Of a stretch of 64,000 bases of DNA, positions 30,591-41,483 are shown piece after piece (within the stretch, counting starts at the first letter, position 1; each line of letters starts with the position of its first letter). This DNA comes from Escherichia coli (GTDB taxonomy: Bacteria; Pseudomonadota; Gammaproteobacteria; Enterobacterales; Enterobacteriaceae): assembly GCF_003018115.1 (NCBI RefSeq), contig NZ_CP027457.1; one strand, written 5' to 3'. The notes beneath the pieces were generated by a model. It ran no database searches. It was not told where the DNA came from and saw nothing but the letters and a program-made list of their open reading frames with translations. Made by a program: the position numbers and the translations under genes.

Positions 30591-31768
30591 ACATCTTTAA
30601 TCCGCAGTAAGCAAAACAGAGTGGCGATAATCATCACCATCGCAAACCAGAACACAGCGTGATAATTCCAGATCTCGGCGACGATGCCCGCTACAGATCC
30701 TGCGATGATCCAGCCCACGCGCGACGTGTTGGTATAGAGCGTGGTGGCTGAACCTGCCTGACCGGGCATCAAATCCTGAAAATAGAGCATCCCGATGCCG
30801 CCCAGAATGCCAATAAAAATAGCATTTAGCAGCTGCAAGCCCAACAGAATGGCAGGTGAATGCGCCATCAGCATTCCTGCGTAAAAACAGACGCCACCCA
30901 CGGCAGCAACGCGCATTAAGAAACGCTTACCCAGACGTTTGGCGAAATATCCGGCAATCAACATCGTCGGGATTTCCAGCCCGGCGGCGGTCCCCATCAT
31001 CACACCGGCCAGTTTCTCGGGAAGATGCAGTTCGTTGATAATAAATAGCGGCATGTTGATGATGTACAGGCTGTTCGAGCCCCACATCAATGTACAAATG
31101 ACAAACAGCAGCAGCGTATCGCGACGGTTACGGCGCGGCGCTTCGATCGTGCCGGTCGCCAGCGGAAGCTCTTTTTGCATCGACGGTAAAAACAGCCACA
31201 CCATCACACCGCAAACAATAAACGCTACCGCTGCGCTCAGATACATTACCGTAAAGCTGAAACCCATCGCTAAGGCATAAGCCAGCGGTGGGCCAATGAC
31301 CCATGCCAGTGAAACCTGAGCGCGTAAAAAAGAGCTGAACATCACCGCCTCACGTCCGGTTTTGTCGGCATGTTCACGGGCAAGGGCAAACATTTGCGGG
31401 TTAGCGGTCGAGCCAAAGCTGCTAAGAAAGACGCCAATGAATAGCAAAACAAAGTAGTTACGATTCCAGGCAAAAAGGGTGCAGGCCAGCACGCCTAACA
31501 GGCAGCAAAAGACAATCAGCGATTTGCGATCGCCGCGCTTATCAGAGCGCCCGGCGAGAAACTGACTCACCAGAATTCCAATGACAGCGCTGCCGGTAAA
31601 GAAGAATCCCACCATCGCCGGACGGGCATGTACTTCATCGGTAAGAAAAATACTGAGTGTCGGGGTTTGCAGAGCGCCCGCAATACCGGTGAGAAAGGCA
31701 ACGATTAAAAACGCCGTCGAGGTCAGGTCAAACGATTTCGCGCTGGAGACTGCGGGGGAGTTATGCAT
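30587..31768 (-). CDS. setB: Sugar efflux transporter B (MFS)
   Basis: ORF track 393 aa. Confidence 0.9.
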
Positions 31769-32035
31769 GCTGGTCGATCACTGGAAGAGGAAGACGCGGA
31801 GTTTACGCTGCTTGTCAGAAAATAAACAGACAGCGAAATCAAAAGCGCCACGAATAATCAAAATGCTATTTCACTGTTGCTGATTGGCTGCTGACGCTGC
31901 TGAAATGAAATTGCTGATAACGGATTTTCCCATCAGCAATTAGGAAAAATGACAAAAAATTGTGCAGCACATCAAACTTTTGCTCATAACTTTACGGCTT
32001 TCCTTGCGTGCTGAAACAGAAGTATTATGCTTTCT

Positions 32036-32047
32036 TGAAACGTTTCA
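32036..32047. promoter_or_regulatory. Cra (FruR) operator-like palindrome TGAAACGTTTCA upstream of fruB
   Basis: Perfect palindrome matching the Cra consensus core. Confidence 0.6.
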
Positions 32048-32100
32048 GCGCGATCTTGTCTTTAACCCTAAGCCAGGTTGGCGCTTTTTTTCTCATAGAA

Positions 32101-32121
32101 GCTGAATCGTTTCAATTCAGC
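32101..32121. promoter_or_regulatory. Second Cra (FruR) operator-like site GCTGAATCGTTTCAATTCAGC just upstream of the fruB RBS
   Basis: Imperfect palindrome resembling the Cra consensus. Confidence 0.6.
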
Positions 32122-32135
32122 AAGAGAGGAGAACT

Positions 32136-33266
32136 ATGTTCCAGTTATCCGTACAGGACATCCATCCGGGCGAAAAGGCCGGAGACAAAGAAGAGGCGAT
32201 TCGCCAGGTCGCTGCGGCGCTGGTGCAGGCCGGTAATGTAGCAGAAGGCTACGTCAATGGCATGCTGGCGCGCGAACAGCAAACCTCAACGTTCCTCGGC
32301 AATGGTATTGCTATTCCACACGGCACTACCGACACCCGCGATCAGGTGCTGAAAACCGGCGTTCAGGTATTTCAGTTCCCGGAAGGCGTCACTTGGGGTG
32401 ACGGTCAGGTAGCGTACGTAGCGATCGGTATTGCTGCCAGCTCGGATGAGCATCTGGGCCTGCTACGCCAGCTGACCCACGTACTGAGCGATGATTCCGT
32501 TGCTGAACAACTGAAGTCAGCAACAACAGCAGAAGAACTTCGCGCATTGCTGATGGGCGAAAAGCAGAGTGAGCAGCTGAAGCTCGACAACGAAATGCTG
32601 ACGCTGGATATCGTCGCCAGCGATCTGCTGACTCTTCAGGCGCTGAACGCTGCGCGTCTGAAAGAAGCGGGGGCAGTTGACGCCACTTTCGTCACCAAAG
32701 CCATCAATGAACAACCGCTGAACCTCGGACAGGGCATCTGGCTGAGCGATAGCGCCGAAGGCAATTTGCGTAGCGCGATTGCTGTAAGCCGTGCGGCAAA
32801 TGCTTTTGATGTGGACGGCGAAACGGCAGCCATGCTGGTGAGTGTGGCGATGAATGACGATCAGCCCATTGCGGTTCTTAAGCGTCTCGCTGATTTGTTG
32901 CTCGACAATAAAGCTGACCGCTTGCTGAAAGCGGATGCGGCAACGTTGCTGGCGCTGCTGACCAGCGATGATGCGCCGACCGACGACGTGTTAAGCGCGG
33001 AGTTTGTGGTGCGCAATGAACATGGCCTGCATGCTCGTCCAGGTACCATGCTGGTCAACACCATTAAACAATTTAACAGTGATATTACCGTGACAAACCT
33101 TGATGGCACCGGCAAACCGGCAAACGGACGTAGTCTGATGAAAGTTGTGGCACTTGGCGTTAAGAAAGGTCATCGCCTACGCTTTACCGCCCAGGGTGCA
33201 GATGCTGAACAGGCGCTGAAAGCAATCGGCGACGCTATCGCTGCTGGTCTTGGGGAGGGCGCATAA
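32136..33266 (+). CDS. fruB: Fructose PTS multiphosphoryl transfer protein (IIA-FPr)
   Basis: ORF track 376 aa. Confidence 0.95.
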
Positions 33267-34204
33267 TGAGCAGACGTGTTGCTACTATCACCCTTAATCC
33301 GGCTTATGACCTTGTTGGTTTCTGCCCGGAAATTGAACGCGGCGAAGTGAACCTGGTGAAAACCACCGGTCTGCATGCGGCGGGTAAAGGCATCAACGTG
33401 GCCAAAGTATTAAAAGACCTGGGAATTGATGTCACCGTTGGCGGCTTCCTGGGTAAAGACAATCAGGATGGTTTTCAGCAACTGTTCAGCGAGCTGGGCA
33501 TTGCCAACCGTTTCCAGGTTGTACAGGGGCGCACCCGAATTAACGTTAAGCTGACGGAAAAAGACGGCGAAGTGACCGACTTCAACTTCTCGGGTTTTGA
33601 AGTCACCCCCGCCGACTGGGAACGCTTTGTGACTGATTCTCTGAGCTGGCTCGGTCAGTTCGATATGGTCTGTGTCAGCGGAAGCTTACCGTCAGGCGTC
33701 AGCCCGGAAGCGTTCACCGACTGGATGACTCGCCTGCGTAGTCAGTGTCCTTGCATTATCTTTGATAGTAGCCGTGAAGCGTTAGTAGCAGGTTTGAAAG
33801 CGGCACCGTGGCTGGTGAAACCTAACCGCCGCGAGTTGGAAATCTGGGCAGGCCGTAAACTGCCTGAAATGAAAGATGTGATTGAAGCTGCACATGCGCT
33901 ACGTGAACAAGGTATTGCGCATGTTGTTATTTCACTGGGTGCCGAAGGCGCGCTTTGGGTTAATGCCTCCGGCGAATGGATCGCCAAACCACCGTCAGTC
34001 GATGTCGTAAGCACCGTTGGCGCAGGGGATTCTATGGTTGGTGGCCTGATTTATGGCTTGCTGATGCGTGAATCCAGTGAACACACACTGCGTCTGGCGA
34101 CAGCTGTTGCAGCCCTGGCGGTAAGTCAAAGCAATGTGGGTATTACCGATCGTCCGCAGTTGGCCGCAATGATGGCGCGCGTCGACTTACAACCTTTTAA
34201 CTGA
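33266..34204 (+). CDS. fruK: 1-phosphofructokinase
   Basis: ORF track 312 aa. Confidence 0.95.
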   Translation: MSRRVATITLNPAYDLVGFCPEIERGEVNLVKTTGLHAAGKGINVAKVLKDLGIDVTVGGFLGKDNQDGFQQLFSELGIANRFQVVQGRTRINVKLTEKDGEVTDFNFSGFEVTPADWERFVTDSLSWLGQFDMVCVSGSLPSGVSPEAFTDWMTRLRSQCPCIIFDSSREALVAGLKAAPWLVKPNRRELEIWAGRKLPEMKDVIEAAHALREQGIAHVVISLGAEGALWVNASGEWIAKPPSVDVVSTVGAGDSMVGGLIYGLLMRESSEHTLRLATAVAALAVSQSNVGITDRPQLAAMMARVDLQPFN

Positions 34205-34220
34205 CAGCAGGAGAGGCATA

Positions 34221-35912
34221 ATGAAAACGCTGCTGATTATTGACGCTAATCTCGGTCAGGCACGCGCCTATATGGCGAAGACCCTGCTGGGCGCGGCGGC
34301 GCGAAAAGCAAAACTGGAAATCATCGACAATCCGAACGACGCAGAAATGGCGATTGTTCTCGGTGATTCCATCCCGAATGACAGCGCGCTGAACGGTAAA
34401 AATGTCTGGCTGGGTGATATTTCCCGGGCAGTTGCGCACCCTGAGCTGTTCCTGAGTGAAGCCAAAGGCCATGCGAAACCTTACACTGCGCCGGTCGCTG
34501 CGACAGCACCGGTTGCTGCCAGCGGTCCGAAACGCGTAGTTGCGGTGACTGCTTGCCCGACTGGCGTAGCACACACCTTTATGGCGGCTGAAGCCATTGA
34601 AACCGAAGCGAAAAAACGTGGCTGGTGGGTGAAAGTTGAAACCCGTGGTTCTGTTGGCGCGGGCAATGCAATCACCCCTGAAGAAGTCGCAGCAGCGGAT
34701 CTGGTGATTGTGGCGGCAGATATCGAAGTGGATCTGGCGAAATTTGCTGGTAAACCGATGTATCGCACCTCTACCGGTCTGGCGCTGAAGAAAACTGCGC
34801 AGGAACTGGATAAAGCGGTTGCTGAAGCAACGCCGTATGAACCAGCGGGCAAAGCTCAAACAGCGACCACTGAAGGTAAGAAAGAGAGTGCAGGCGCTTA
34901 CCGTCACTTGCTGACGGGCGTCTCTTACATGCTGCCGATGGTTGTTGCAGGTGGTCTGTGTATCGCGCTTTCTTTTGCTTTTGGTATCGAAGCGTTTAAA
35001 GAGCCGGGTACGTTGGCAGCGGCGCTGATGCAGATTGGCGGTGGTTCAGCCTTTGCGCTGATGGTGCCGGTACTGGCAGGTTATATTGCCTTCTCCATTG
35101 CCGATCGTCCGGGCCTCACGCCGGGGCTGATTGGCGGTATGCTGGCTGTCAGCACCGGTTCTGGCTTCATTGGCGGTATTATTGCGGGCTTCCTGGCTGG
35201 TTACATTGCGAAGTTAATCAGTACGCAACTGAAACTGCCACAGAGTATGGAGGCGCTGAAACCAATCCTGATCATTCCGCTAATTTCCAGTCTGGTGGTC
35301 GGTCTGGCGATGATCTACCTGATCGGTAAACCGGTTGCTGGCATTCTCGAAGGGCTGACTCACTGGCTGCAGACCATGGGGACTGCGAATGCGGTTCTGC
35401 TGGGGGCGATCCTCGGTGGCATGATGTGTACTGACATGGGCGGTCCGGTAAATAAAGCAGCGTACGCGTTCGGTGTGGGTCTGCTGAGTACTCAAACCTA
35501 TGGCCCGATGGCGGCGATTATGGCGGCAGGTATGGTGCCACCGCTGGCAATGGGTCTGGCAACAATGGTGGCGCGTCGCAAATTCGACAAAGCGCAGCAG
35601 GAAGGTGGCAAAGCCGCTCTGGTATTGGGACTGTGCTTCATTTCGGAAGGTGCAATTCCGTTTGCTGCTCGTGATCCGATGCGTGTGCTGCCGTGCTGTA
35701 TCGTGGGTGGGGCGCTGACTGGCGCAATCTCAATGGCGATTGGTGCGAAACTGATGGCACCGCACGGTGGTCTGTTTGTTCTGCTGATCCCTGGCGCTAT
35801 TACGCCGGTACTGGGTTACCTGGTAGCAATTATTGCCGGTACGCTGGTGGCGGGTTTGGCCTATGCCTTCCTGAAACGTCCGGAAGTGGACGCAGTAGCG
35901 AAAGCAGCGTAA
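34221..35912 (+). CDS. fruA: Fructose PTS permease IIBC
   Basis: ORF track 563 aa. Confidence 0.95.
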   Translation: MKTLLIIDANLGQARAYMAKTLLGAAARKAKLEIIDNPNDAEMAIVLGDSIPNDSALNGKNVWLGDISRAVAHPELFLSEAKGHAKPYTAPVAATAPVAASGPKRVVAVTACPTGVAHTFMAAEAIETEAKKRGWWVKVETRGSVGAGNAITPEEVAAADLVIVAADIEVDLAKFAGKPMYRTSTGLALKKTAQELDKAVAEATPYEPAGKAQTATTEGKKESAGAYRHLLTGVSYMLPMVVAGGLCIALSFAFGIEAFKEPGTLAAALMQIGGGSAFALMVPVLAGYIAFSIADRPGLTPGLIGGMLAVSTGSGFIGGIIAGFLAGYIAKLISTQLKLPQSMEALKPILIIPLISSLVVGLAMIYLIGKPVAGILEGLTHWLQTMGTANAVLLGAILGGMMCTDMGGPVNKAAYAFGVGLLSTQTYGPMAAIMAAGMVPPLAMGLATMVARRKFDKAQQEGGKAALVLGLCFISEGAIPFAARDPMRVLPCCIVGGALTGAISMAIGAKLMAPHGGLFVLLIPGAITPVLGYLVAIIAGTLVAGLAYAFLKRPEVDAVAKAA

Positions 35913-36335
35913 TAAAAGGTGTGTTACAGGGCAGAAATTTCCTGCCCTGTATCATTGGATGAGCGCAAAGGGAATGACCGGTTTGTAAATGTAATTTTAT
36001 GAATTTAAATGGTTTTATCTTTCAGTAGAAACCTGAAACGTTCATCAAACACTAAGGTTATTTCCTCAAGGGCAGATTATTTTCTGCCCTTTTTTAGTGT
36101 TCCTGTTCTGTGCATCCCGTCACAAATTCCTCGCTTTTGTAATTCAGGCATTTAATCGCATTTTGTGAGCCTGCTCAAATCTGCCCATTTTGCCTCTCTG
36201 GCGGTAATTTACTTTACGTAAAACATGCATACTATGAGCACATGTTTAAATATGAACACATGTTTAAACCGTCTTTGCAGTATCTATATTCTTGTGGATT
36301 GACAGGGTTGGTAATTTTTTACCAGAGGACGTGCT

Positions 36336-37277
36336 ATGCGCGAAAAGGATTATGTCGTAATTATAGGTTCGGCGAATATTGATGTCGCCGGATATTCACA
36401 TGAATCATTAAATTATGCGGATTCAAATCCAGGTAAAATAAAATTTACGCCTGGTGGAGTTGGGCGCAATATTGCACAAAACCTGGCGTTGCTGGGTAAC
36501 AAAGCCTGGCTACTGAGCGCAGTAGGCAGTGATTTTTATGGTCAATCGCTGCTAACGCAAACCAATCAATCTGGCGTTTATGTCGATAAATGCCTGATTG
36601 TGCCGGGAGAAAATACGTCTAGTTATTTATCATTACTCGATAATACCGGTGAAATGCTGGTTGCTATAAATGACATGAATATTAGCAACGCTATTACAGC
36701 TGAATATCTCGCACAGCACCGTGAATTTATTCAGAGGGCAAAGGTCATTGTCGCGGACTGTAATATCAGTGAAGAGGCACTGGCATGGATTCTGGATAAT
36801 GCCGCCAACGTACCCGTATTTGTCGATCCGGTTTCAGCGTGGAAATGTGTCAAAGTGCGCGACCGTCTAAATCAGATCCACACTCTGAAGCCAAACCGCC
36901 TTGAAGCGGAAACCCTGAGTGGGATTGCGCTGTCAGGGCGTGAAGATGTGGCAAAAGTTGCTGCCTGGTTCCATCAACATGGCCTGAACCGACTGGTATT
37001 GAGCATGGGCGGCGATGGCGTTTATTACAGTGATATCAGCGGTGAAAGTGGCTGGTCTGCCCCGATCAAAACCAATGTTATTAATGTTACCGGAGCGGGC
37101 GATGCCATGATGGCGGGACTTGCTTCGTGTTGGGTAGACGGAATGCCGTTTGCCGAATCTGTTCGTTTCGCACAGGGATGTTCGTCAATGGCGCTCTCCT
37201 GTGAATACACCAATAACCCCGATTTATCGATTGCCAACGTTATATCGTTAGTGGAGAACGCAGAATGTCTGAATTAA
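36336..37277 (+). CDS. psuK: Pseudouridine kinase (YeiC)
   Basis: ORF track 313 aa; PfkB-family sugar kinase. Confidence 0.9.
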   Translation: MREKDYVVIIGSANIDVAGYSHESLNYADSNPGKIKFTPGGVGRNIAQNLALLGNKAWLLSAVGSDFYGQSLLTQTNQSGVYVDKCLIVPGENTSSYLSLLDNTGEMLVAINDMNISNAITAEYLAQHREFIQRAKVIVADCNISEEALAWILDNAANVPVFVDPVSAWKCVKVRDRLNQIHTLKPNRLEAETLSGIALSGREDVAKVAAWFHQHGLNRLVLSMGGDGVYYSDISGESGWSAPIKTNVINVTGAGDAMMAGLASCWVDGMPFAESVRFAQGCSSMALSCEYTNNPDLSIANVISLVENAECLN

Positions 37278-38203
37278 AAATTTCCCCTGAATTATTACAA
37301 ATTTCCCCGGAAGTGCAGGACGCTTTAAAAAACAAAAAACCGGTTGTGGCGCTGGAATCGACCATTATTTCTCACGGGATGCCGTTCCCACAAAATGCCC
37401 GGACCGCAATTGAAGTAGAAGAAACTATTCGTAAACAGGGCGCAGTACCTGCCACTATCGCAATTATTGGCGGCGTGATGAAAGTGGGTTTAAGCAAAGA
37501 AGAAATTGAATTACTGGGTCGTGAAGGGCATAACGTGACCAAAGTTAGTCGTCGCGATTTACCTTTTGTTGTTGCCGCCGGAAAAAATGGCGCAACCACT
37601 GTGGCTTCAACGATGATTATTGCGGCGCTTGCCGGAATTAAAGTATTTGCCACCGGGGGAATTGGTGGTGTGCATCGCGGGGCGGAACATACCTTCGATA
37701 TTTCTGCCGATTTGCAAGAACTGGCAAATACTAATGTCACCGTTGTTTGTGCCGGGGCGAAATCTATTCTCGATTTAGGATTAACCACTGAGTATTTAGA
37801 AACCTTCGGTGTGCCGTTAATTGGCTATCAGACTAAAGCGCTGCCTGCGTTTTTCTGCCGTACCAGCCCGTTTGACGTCAGCATTCGTCTCGACAGCGCC
37901 AGTGAAATTGCCCGTGCAATGGCGGTGAAGTGGCAAAGCGGGCTGAACGGTGGCCTCGTGGTAGCGAACCCGATCCCGGAACAGTTTGCGATGCCGGAAC
38001 ACACTATCAATGCGGCGATCGATCAGGCGGTAGCTGAAGCTGAAGCGCAGGGTGTTATTGGTAAAGAAAGTACGCCATTCCTGCTGGCGCGCGTTGCTGA
38101 ACTGACCGGCGGTGACAGCCTGAAATCCAACATCCAGCTGGTGTTCAACAACGCCATTCTGGCGAGTGAAATTGCCAAAGAATACCAGCGTCTCGCGGGT
38201 TAA
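37265..38203 (+). CDS. psuG: Pseudouridine-5'-phosphate glycosidase (YeiN)
   Basis: ORF track 312 aa. Confidence 0.9.
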   Translation: MSELKISPELLQISPEVQDALKNKKPVVALESTIISHGMPFPQNARTAIEVEETIRKQGAVPATIAIIGGVMKVGLSKEEIELLGREGHNVTKVSRRDLPFVVAAGKNGATTVASTMIIAALAGIKVFATGGIGGVHRGAEHTFDISADLQELANTNVTVVCAGAKSILDLGLTTEYLETFGVPLIGYQTKALPAFFCRTSPFDVSIRLDSASEIARAMAVKWQSGLNGGLVVANPIPEQFAMPEHTINAAIDQAVAEAEAQGVIGKESTPFLLARVAELTGGDSLKSNIQLVFNNAILASEIAKEYQRLAG

Positions 38204-38296
38204 TTTCTGACGGGCAGAAAGCCGTCGCCCGTACTCATCAAACATACCAAAACCTGGCGCTGACGCCGGGTTTACTGGCATGAAGGGAAAATCATT

Positions 38297-39547
38297 ATGG
38301 ACATAATGAGAAGTGTTGTGGGGATGGTGGTGTTACTGGCAATAGCATTTCTGTTGTCAGTGAATAAAAAGAGCATCAGTTTGCGTACGGTTGGAGCCGC
38401 ACTACTGCTGCAAATTGCTATTGGTGGCATCATGCTCTATTTTCCGCCGGGAAAGTGGGCTGTAGAACAGGCGGCATTAGGCGTTCATAAAGTGATGTCT
38501 TACAGTGATGCCGGTAGCGCCTTCATTTTTGGTTCGCTGGTCGGGCCGAAAATGGATGTCCTCTTTGACGGTGCGGGTTTTATCTTCGCCTTTCGCGTAC
38601 TCCCGGCGATTATCTTCGTCACTGCGCTCATTAGTCTGCTGTACTACATTGGCGTGATGGGGCTGCTGATTCGCATCCTTGGTAGCATTTTCCAGAAAGC
38701 CCTCAACATCAGCAAAATCGAATCTTTTGTTGCGGTTACCACTATTTTCCTCGGGCAAAATGAGATCCCGGCGATCGTTAAACCGTTTATCGATCGCATG
38801 AATCGCAACGAGTTGTTTACCGCAATTTGTAGCGGGATGGCGTCCATTGCGGGTTCGATGATGATTGGTTATGCCGGAATGGGCGTACCAATTGACTACC
38901 TGTTGGCGGCATCGCTGATGGCGATCCCCGGCGGTATTTTGTTTGCACGTATTCTTAGTCCGGCAACCGAGCCTTCGCAGGTCACATTTGAAAATCTGTC
39001 GTTCAGTGAAACGCCGCCAAAAAGCTTTATCGAAGCGGCGGCGAGCGGTGCGATGACCGGGTTGAAAATCGCCGCCGGTGTGGCGACGGTGGTCATGGCG
39101 TTTGTCGCAATTATTGCGCTGATTAATGGCATTATCGGCGGAATTGGCGGCTGGTTTAGTTTTACCAATGCTTCTCTGGAAAGTATTTTTGGCTATGTGC
39201 TGGCACCGCTGGCGTGGATCATGGGTGTGGACTGGAGTGATGCCAATCTTGCGGGTAGCCTGATTGGGCAGAAACTGGCGATTAACGAATTCGTCGCTTA
39301 CCTGAGTTTCTCCCCATACCTGCAAACGGGCGGCACGCTGGAAGTGAAAACCATTGCGATTATCTCCTTTGCGCTTTGTGGTTTTGCTAACTTTGGTTCT
39401 ATCGGTGTTGTCGTTGGCGCATTTTCGGCTATTTCGCCAAAACGTGCACCGGAAATCGCTCAGCTTGGTTTACGGGCGCTGGCAGCAGCAACGCTTTCCA
39501 ACCTGATGAGCGCGACCATTGCCGGGTTCTTTATTGGTTTAGCTTGA
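38297..39547 (+). CDS. psuT: Nucleoside (putative pseudouridine) transporter (YeiM), NupC family
   Basis: ORF track 416 aa; paralog of 41484..42734. Confidence 0.9.
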   Translation: MDIMRSVVGMVVLLAIAFLLSVNKKSISLRTVGAALLLQIAIGGIMLYFPPGKWAVEQAALGVHKVMSYSDAGSAFIFGSLVGPKMDVLFDGAGFIFAFRVLPAIIFVTALISLLYYIGVMGLLIRILGSIFQKALNISKIESFVAVTTIFLGQNEIPAIVKPFIDRMNRNELFTAICSGMASIAGSMMIGYAGMGVPIDYLLAASLMAIPGGILFARILSPATEPSQVTFENLSFSETPPKSFIEAAASGAMTGLKIAAGVATVVMAFVAIIALINGIIGGIGGWFSFTNASLESIFGYVLAPLAWIMGVDWSDANLAGSLIGQKLAINEFVAYLSFSPYLQTGGTLEVKTIAIISFALCGFANFGSIGVVVGAFSAISPKRAPEIAQLGLRALAAATLSNLMSATIAGFFIGLA

Positions 39548-39614
39548 GTTTCATTGCCGGATGTACTCGCTTATTAAGCGTTGCATCCGGCAATCGCGCT
39601 ATTGCAAATAATTT

Positions 39615-40274
39615 TTACTGCATCATCCCGGAGAATTTATTCTCCGGGTCCATCTCCAGCGCCAGCCCTGACAACTGCTTTCTGTTTTTAATGAGATATC
39701 CTTTCTTGCTTTTAATTAATAAACCGTCGTGAATGAATTGCGCGAGAACATATAAAAGATGTCGATAAGAAACGCCTAAATACTCTGCCGCTTGCGTATG
39801 CTTTTCGTGATAAAGATCACCTTCCTGCGAGAGTAATATAAAAGCTGCCAGGCGGTTCACTAACGGAAATGATTGATTCTGAGTTAAAGAAACAATATTG
39901 CGATAATTTTTATGGCTTAAAGAAACGCAGAGCTTTCGTAAAAATAGGGTATCGTTTAATAACAGCGGACGGTAATGTTTCATAGGGAGCGCAAGGCACC
40001 AACACTCTTCAATCGCCTGTACTGCACGTGGTTCATGGTCTTTATCGATTAACTCAATCTCGCCAATAAAACAGGGGGCGGCAAAGAAATCGATCAGCGA
40101 CACGCGACCATTAGCTAGCGTGGCGTAAAGCCTGGCGCGGCCTCGCGTCAGGTAAAACAGCCAGGACGGCTGTTGCCCTTCCTGCACAATGTAGTCACGC
40201 GCTAAAAAATGAAACAGCCGCGTATCGGCTGAAACATCCGTTAAAAAGCAATCCTTAAACGCGGATTCACTCAT
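39615..40274 (-). CDS. yeiL: CRP/FNR-family transcriptional regulator YeiL
   Basis: ORF track frame; probable start [10 protein letters not shown] (219 aa). Confidence 0.85.
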   Translation of the reverse strand: MSESAFKDCFLTDVSADTRLFHFLARDYIVQEGQQPSWLFYLTRGRARLYATLANGRVSLIDFFAAPCFIGEIELIDKDHEPRAVQAIEECWCLALPMKHYRPLLLNDTLFLRKLCVSLSHKNYRNIVSLTQNQSFPLVNRLAAFILLSQEGDLYHEKHTQAAEYLGVSYRHLLYVLAQFIHDGLLIKSKKGYLIKNRKQLSGLALEMDPENKFSGMMQ

Positions 40275-40442
40275 CAATTGCAGCTTAAGATCATTATTGT
40301 GGATTTCTTTCACGATGTTTATCCGCTGTGAGATTTCTCATATTTAGCATACGTACGCTGTTGTTAAGATTCAATCATCGGCCCGGTCGAATTTTCTTTG
40401 CTGTAGAAAAAATAACGCAACTGGAAACAGAGGAAATAAACA

Positions 40443-41384
40443 ATGGAAAAGAGAAAAATTATTCTGGATTGTGATCCGGGTCATGATGATGCTATTGCAA
40501 TGATGATGGCAGCGAAACATCCGGCAATAGATTTATTAGGCATCACTATTGTAGCGGGTAATCAGACGCTTGATAAAACATTAATTAATGGACTGAATGT
40601 TTGCCAGAAACTGGAGATTAATGTTCCGGTTTATGCGGGGATGCCGCAACCCATTATGCGTCAACAAATCGTTGCCGATAATATTCACGGTGAAACCGGA
40701 CTGGATGGCCCGGTATTCGAGCCGCTGACCCGCCAGGCAGAAAGTACCCACGCGGTGAAATACATCATTGATACCCTGATGGCAAGCGATGGCGATATCA
40801 CTCTGGTGCCGGTTGGTCCGCTTTCAAATATCGCGGTGGCAATGCGTATGCAACCCGCGATCCTGCCCAAAATCCGTGAAATTGTGCTAATGGGCGGCGC
40901 TTACGGTACAGGCAACTTCACGCCATCTGCCGAGTTCAACATCTTTGCTGACCCGGAAGCCGCACGCGTGGTGTTCACCTCCGGCGTTCCATTAGTGATG
41001 ATGGGCCTCGATCTTACCAACCAGACCGTTTGCACCCCGGACGTAATTGCTCGGATGGAAAGGGCAGGCGGCCCTGCCGGAGAGCTGTTCAGCGACATAA
41101 TGAACTTCACTCTCAAAACCCAGTTCGAAAACTACGGCCTGGCTGGCGGCCCGGTGCACGACGCCACCTGCATCGGTTATCTGATTAACCCTGATGGCAT
41201 TAAAACCCAGGAGATGTACGTCGAAGTGGACGTCAACAGTGGCCCTTGTTATGGGCGTACCGTCTGCGACGAGCTGGGCGTTCTTGGCAAGCCCGCTAAT
41301 ACCAAAGTCGGCATCACTATTGATACCGACTGGTTCTGGGGCTTAGTCGAAGAGTGCGTGCGCGGCTACATCAAAACCCATTAA
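40443..41384 (+). CDS. rihB: Pyrimidine-specific ribonucleoside hydrolase (YeiK)
   Basis: ORF track 313 aa; DXDXXXDD motif. Confidence 0.9.
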   Translation: MEKRKIILDCDPGHDDAIAMMMAAKHPAIDLLGITIVAGNQTLDKTLINGLNVCQKLEINVPVYAGMPQPIMRQQIVADNIHGETGLDGPVFEPLTRQAESTHAVKYIIDTLMASDGDITLVPVGPLSNIAVAMRMQPAILPKIREIVLMGGAYGTGNFTPSAEFNIFADPEAARVVFTSGVPLVMMGLDLTNQTVCTPDVIARMERAGGPAGELFSDIMNFTLKTQFENYGLAGGPVHDATCIGYLINPDGIKTQEMYVEVDVNSGPCYGRTVCDELGVLGKPANTKVGITIDTDWFWGLVEECVRGYIKTH

Positions 41385-41483
41385 GTGTTGATAACAAGCC
41401 GGGCCGGTATCGCAAGATGCAGGCCTGGCTATTTCTGATGGGCAGAAAGCCGTCGCCCAATATGACATGAAGAGATAATCACT

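Noticed and set aside
34197-34907. Long antisense ORFs inside core genes (for example 34197..34907, 38477..39325, 49458..50309, 12257..12787)
   Set aside because: Each lies opposite a well-recognised conserved gene (fruA, psuT, cirA, yejK) and has atypical composition; they are frame shadows.
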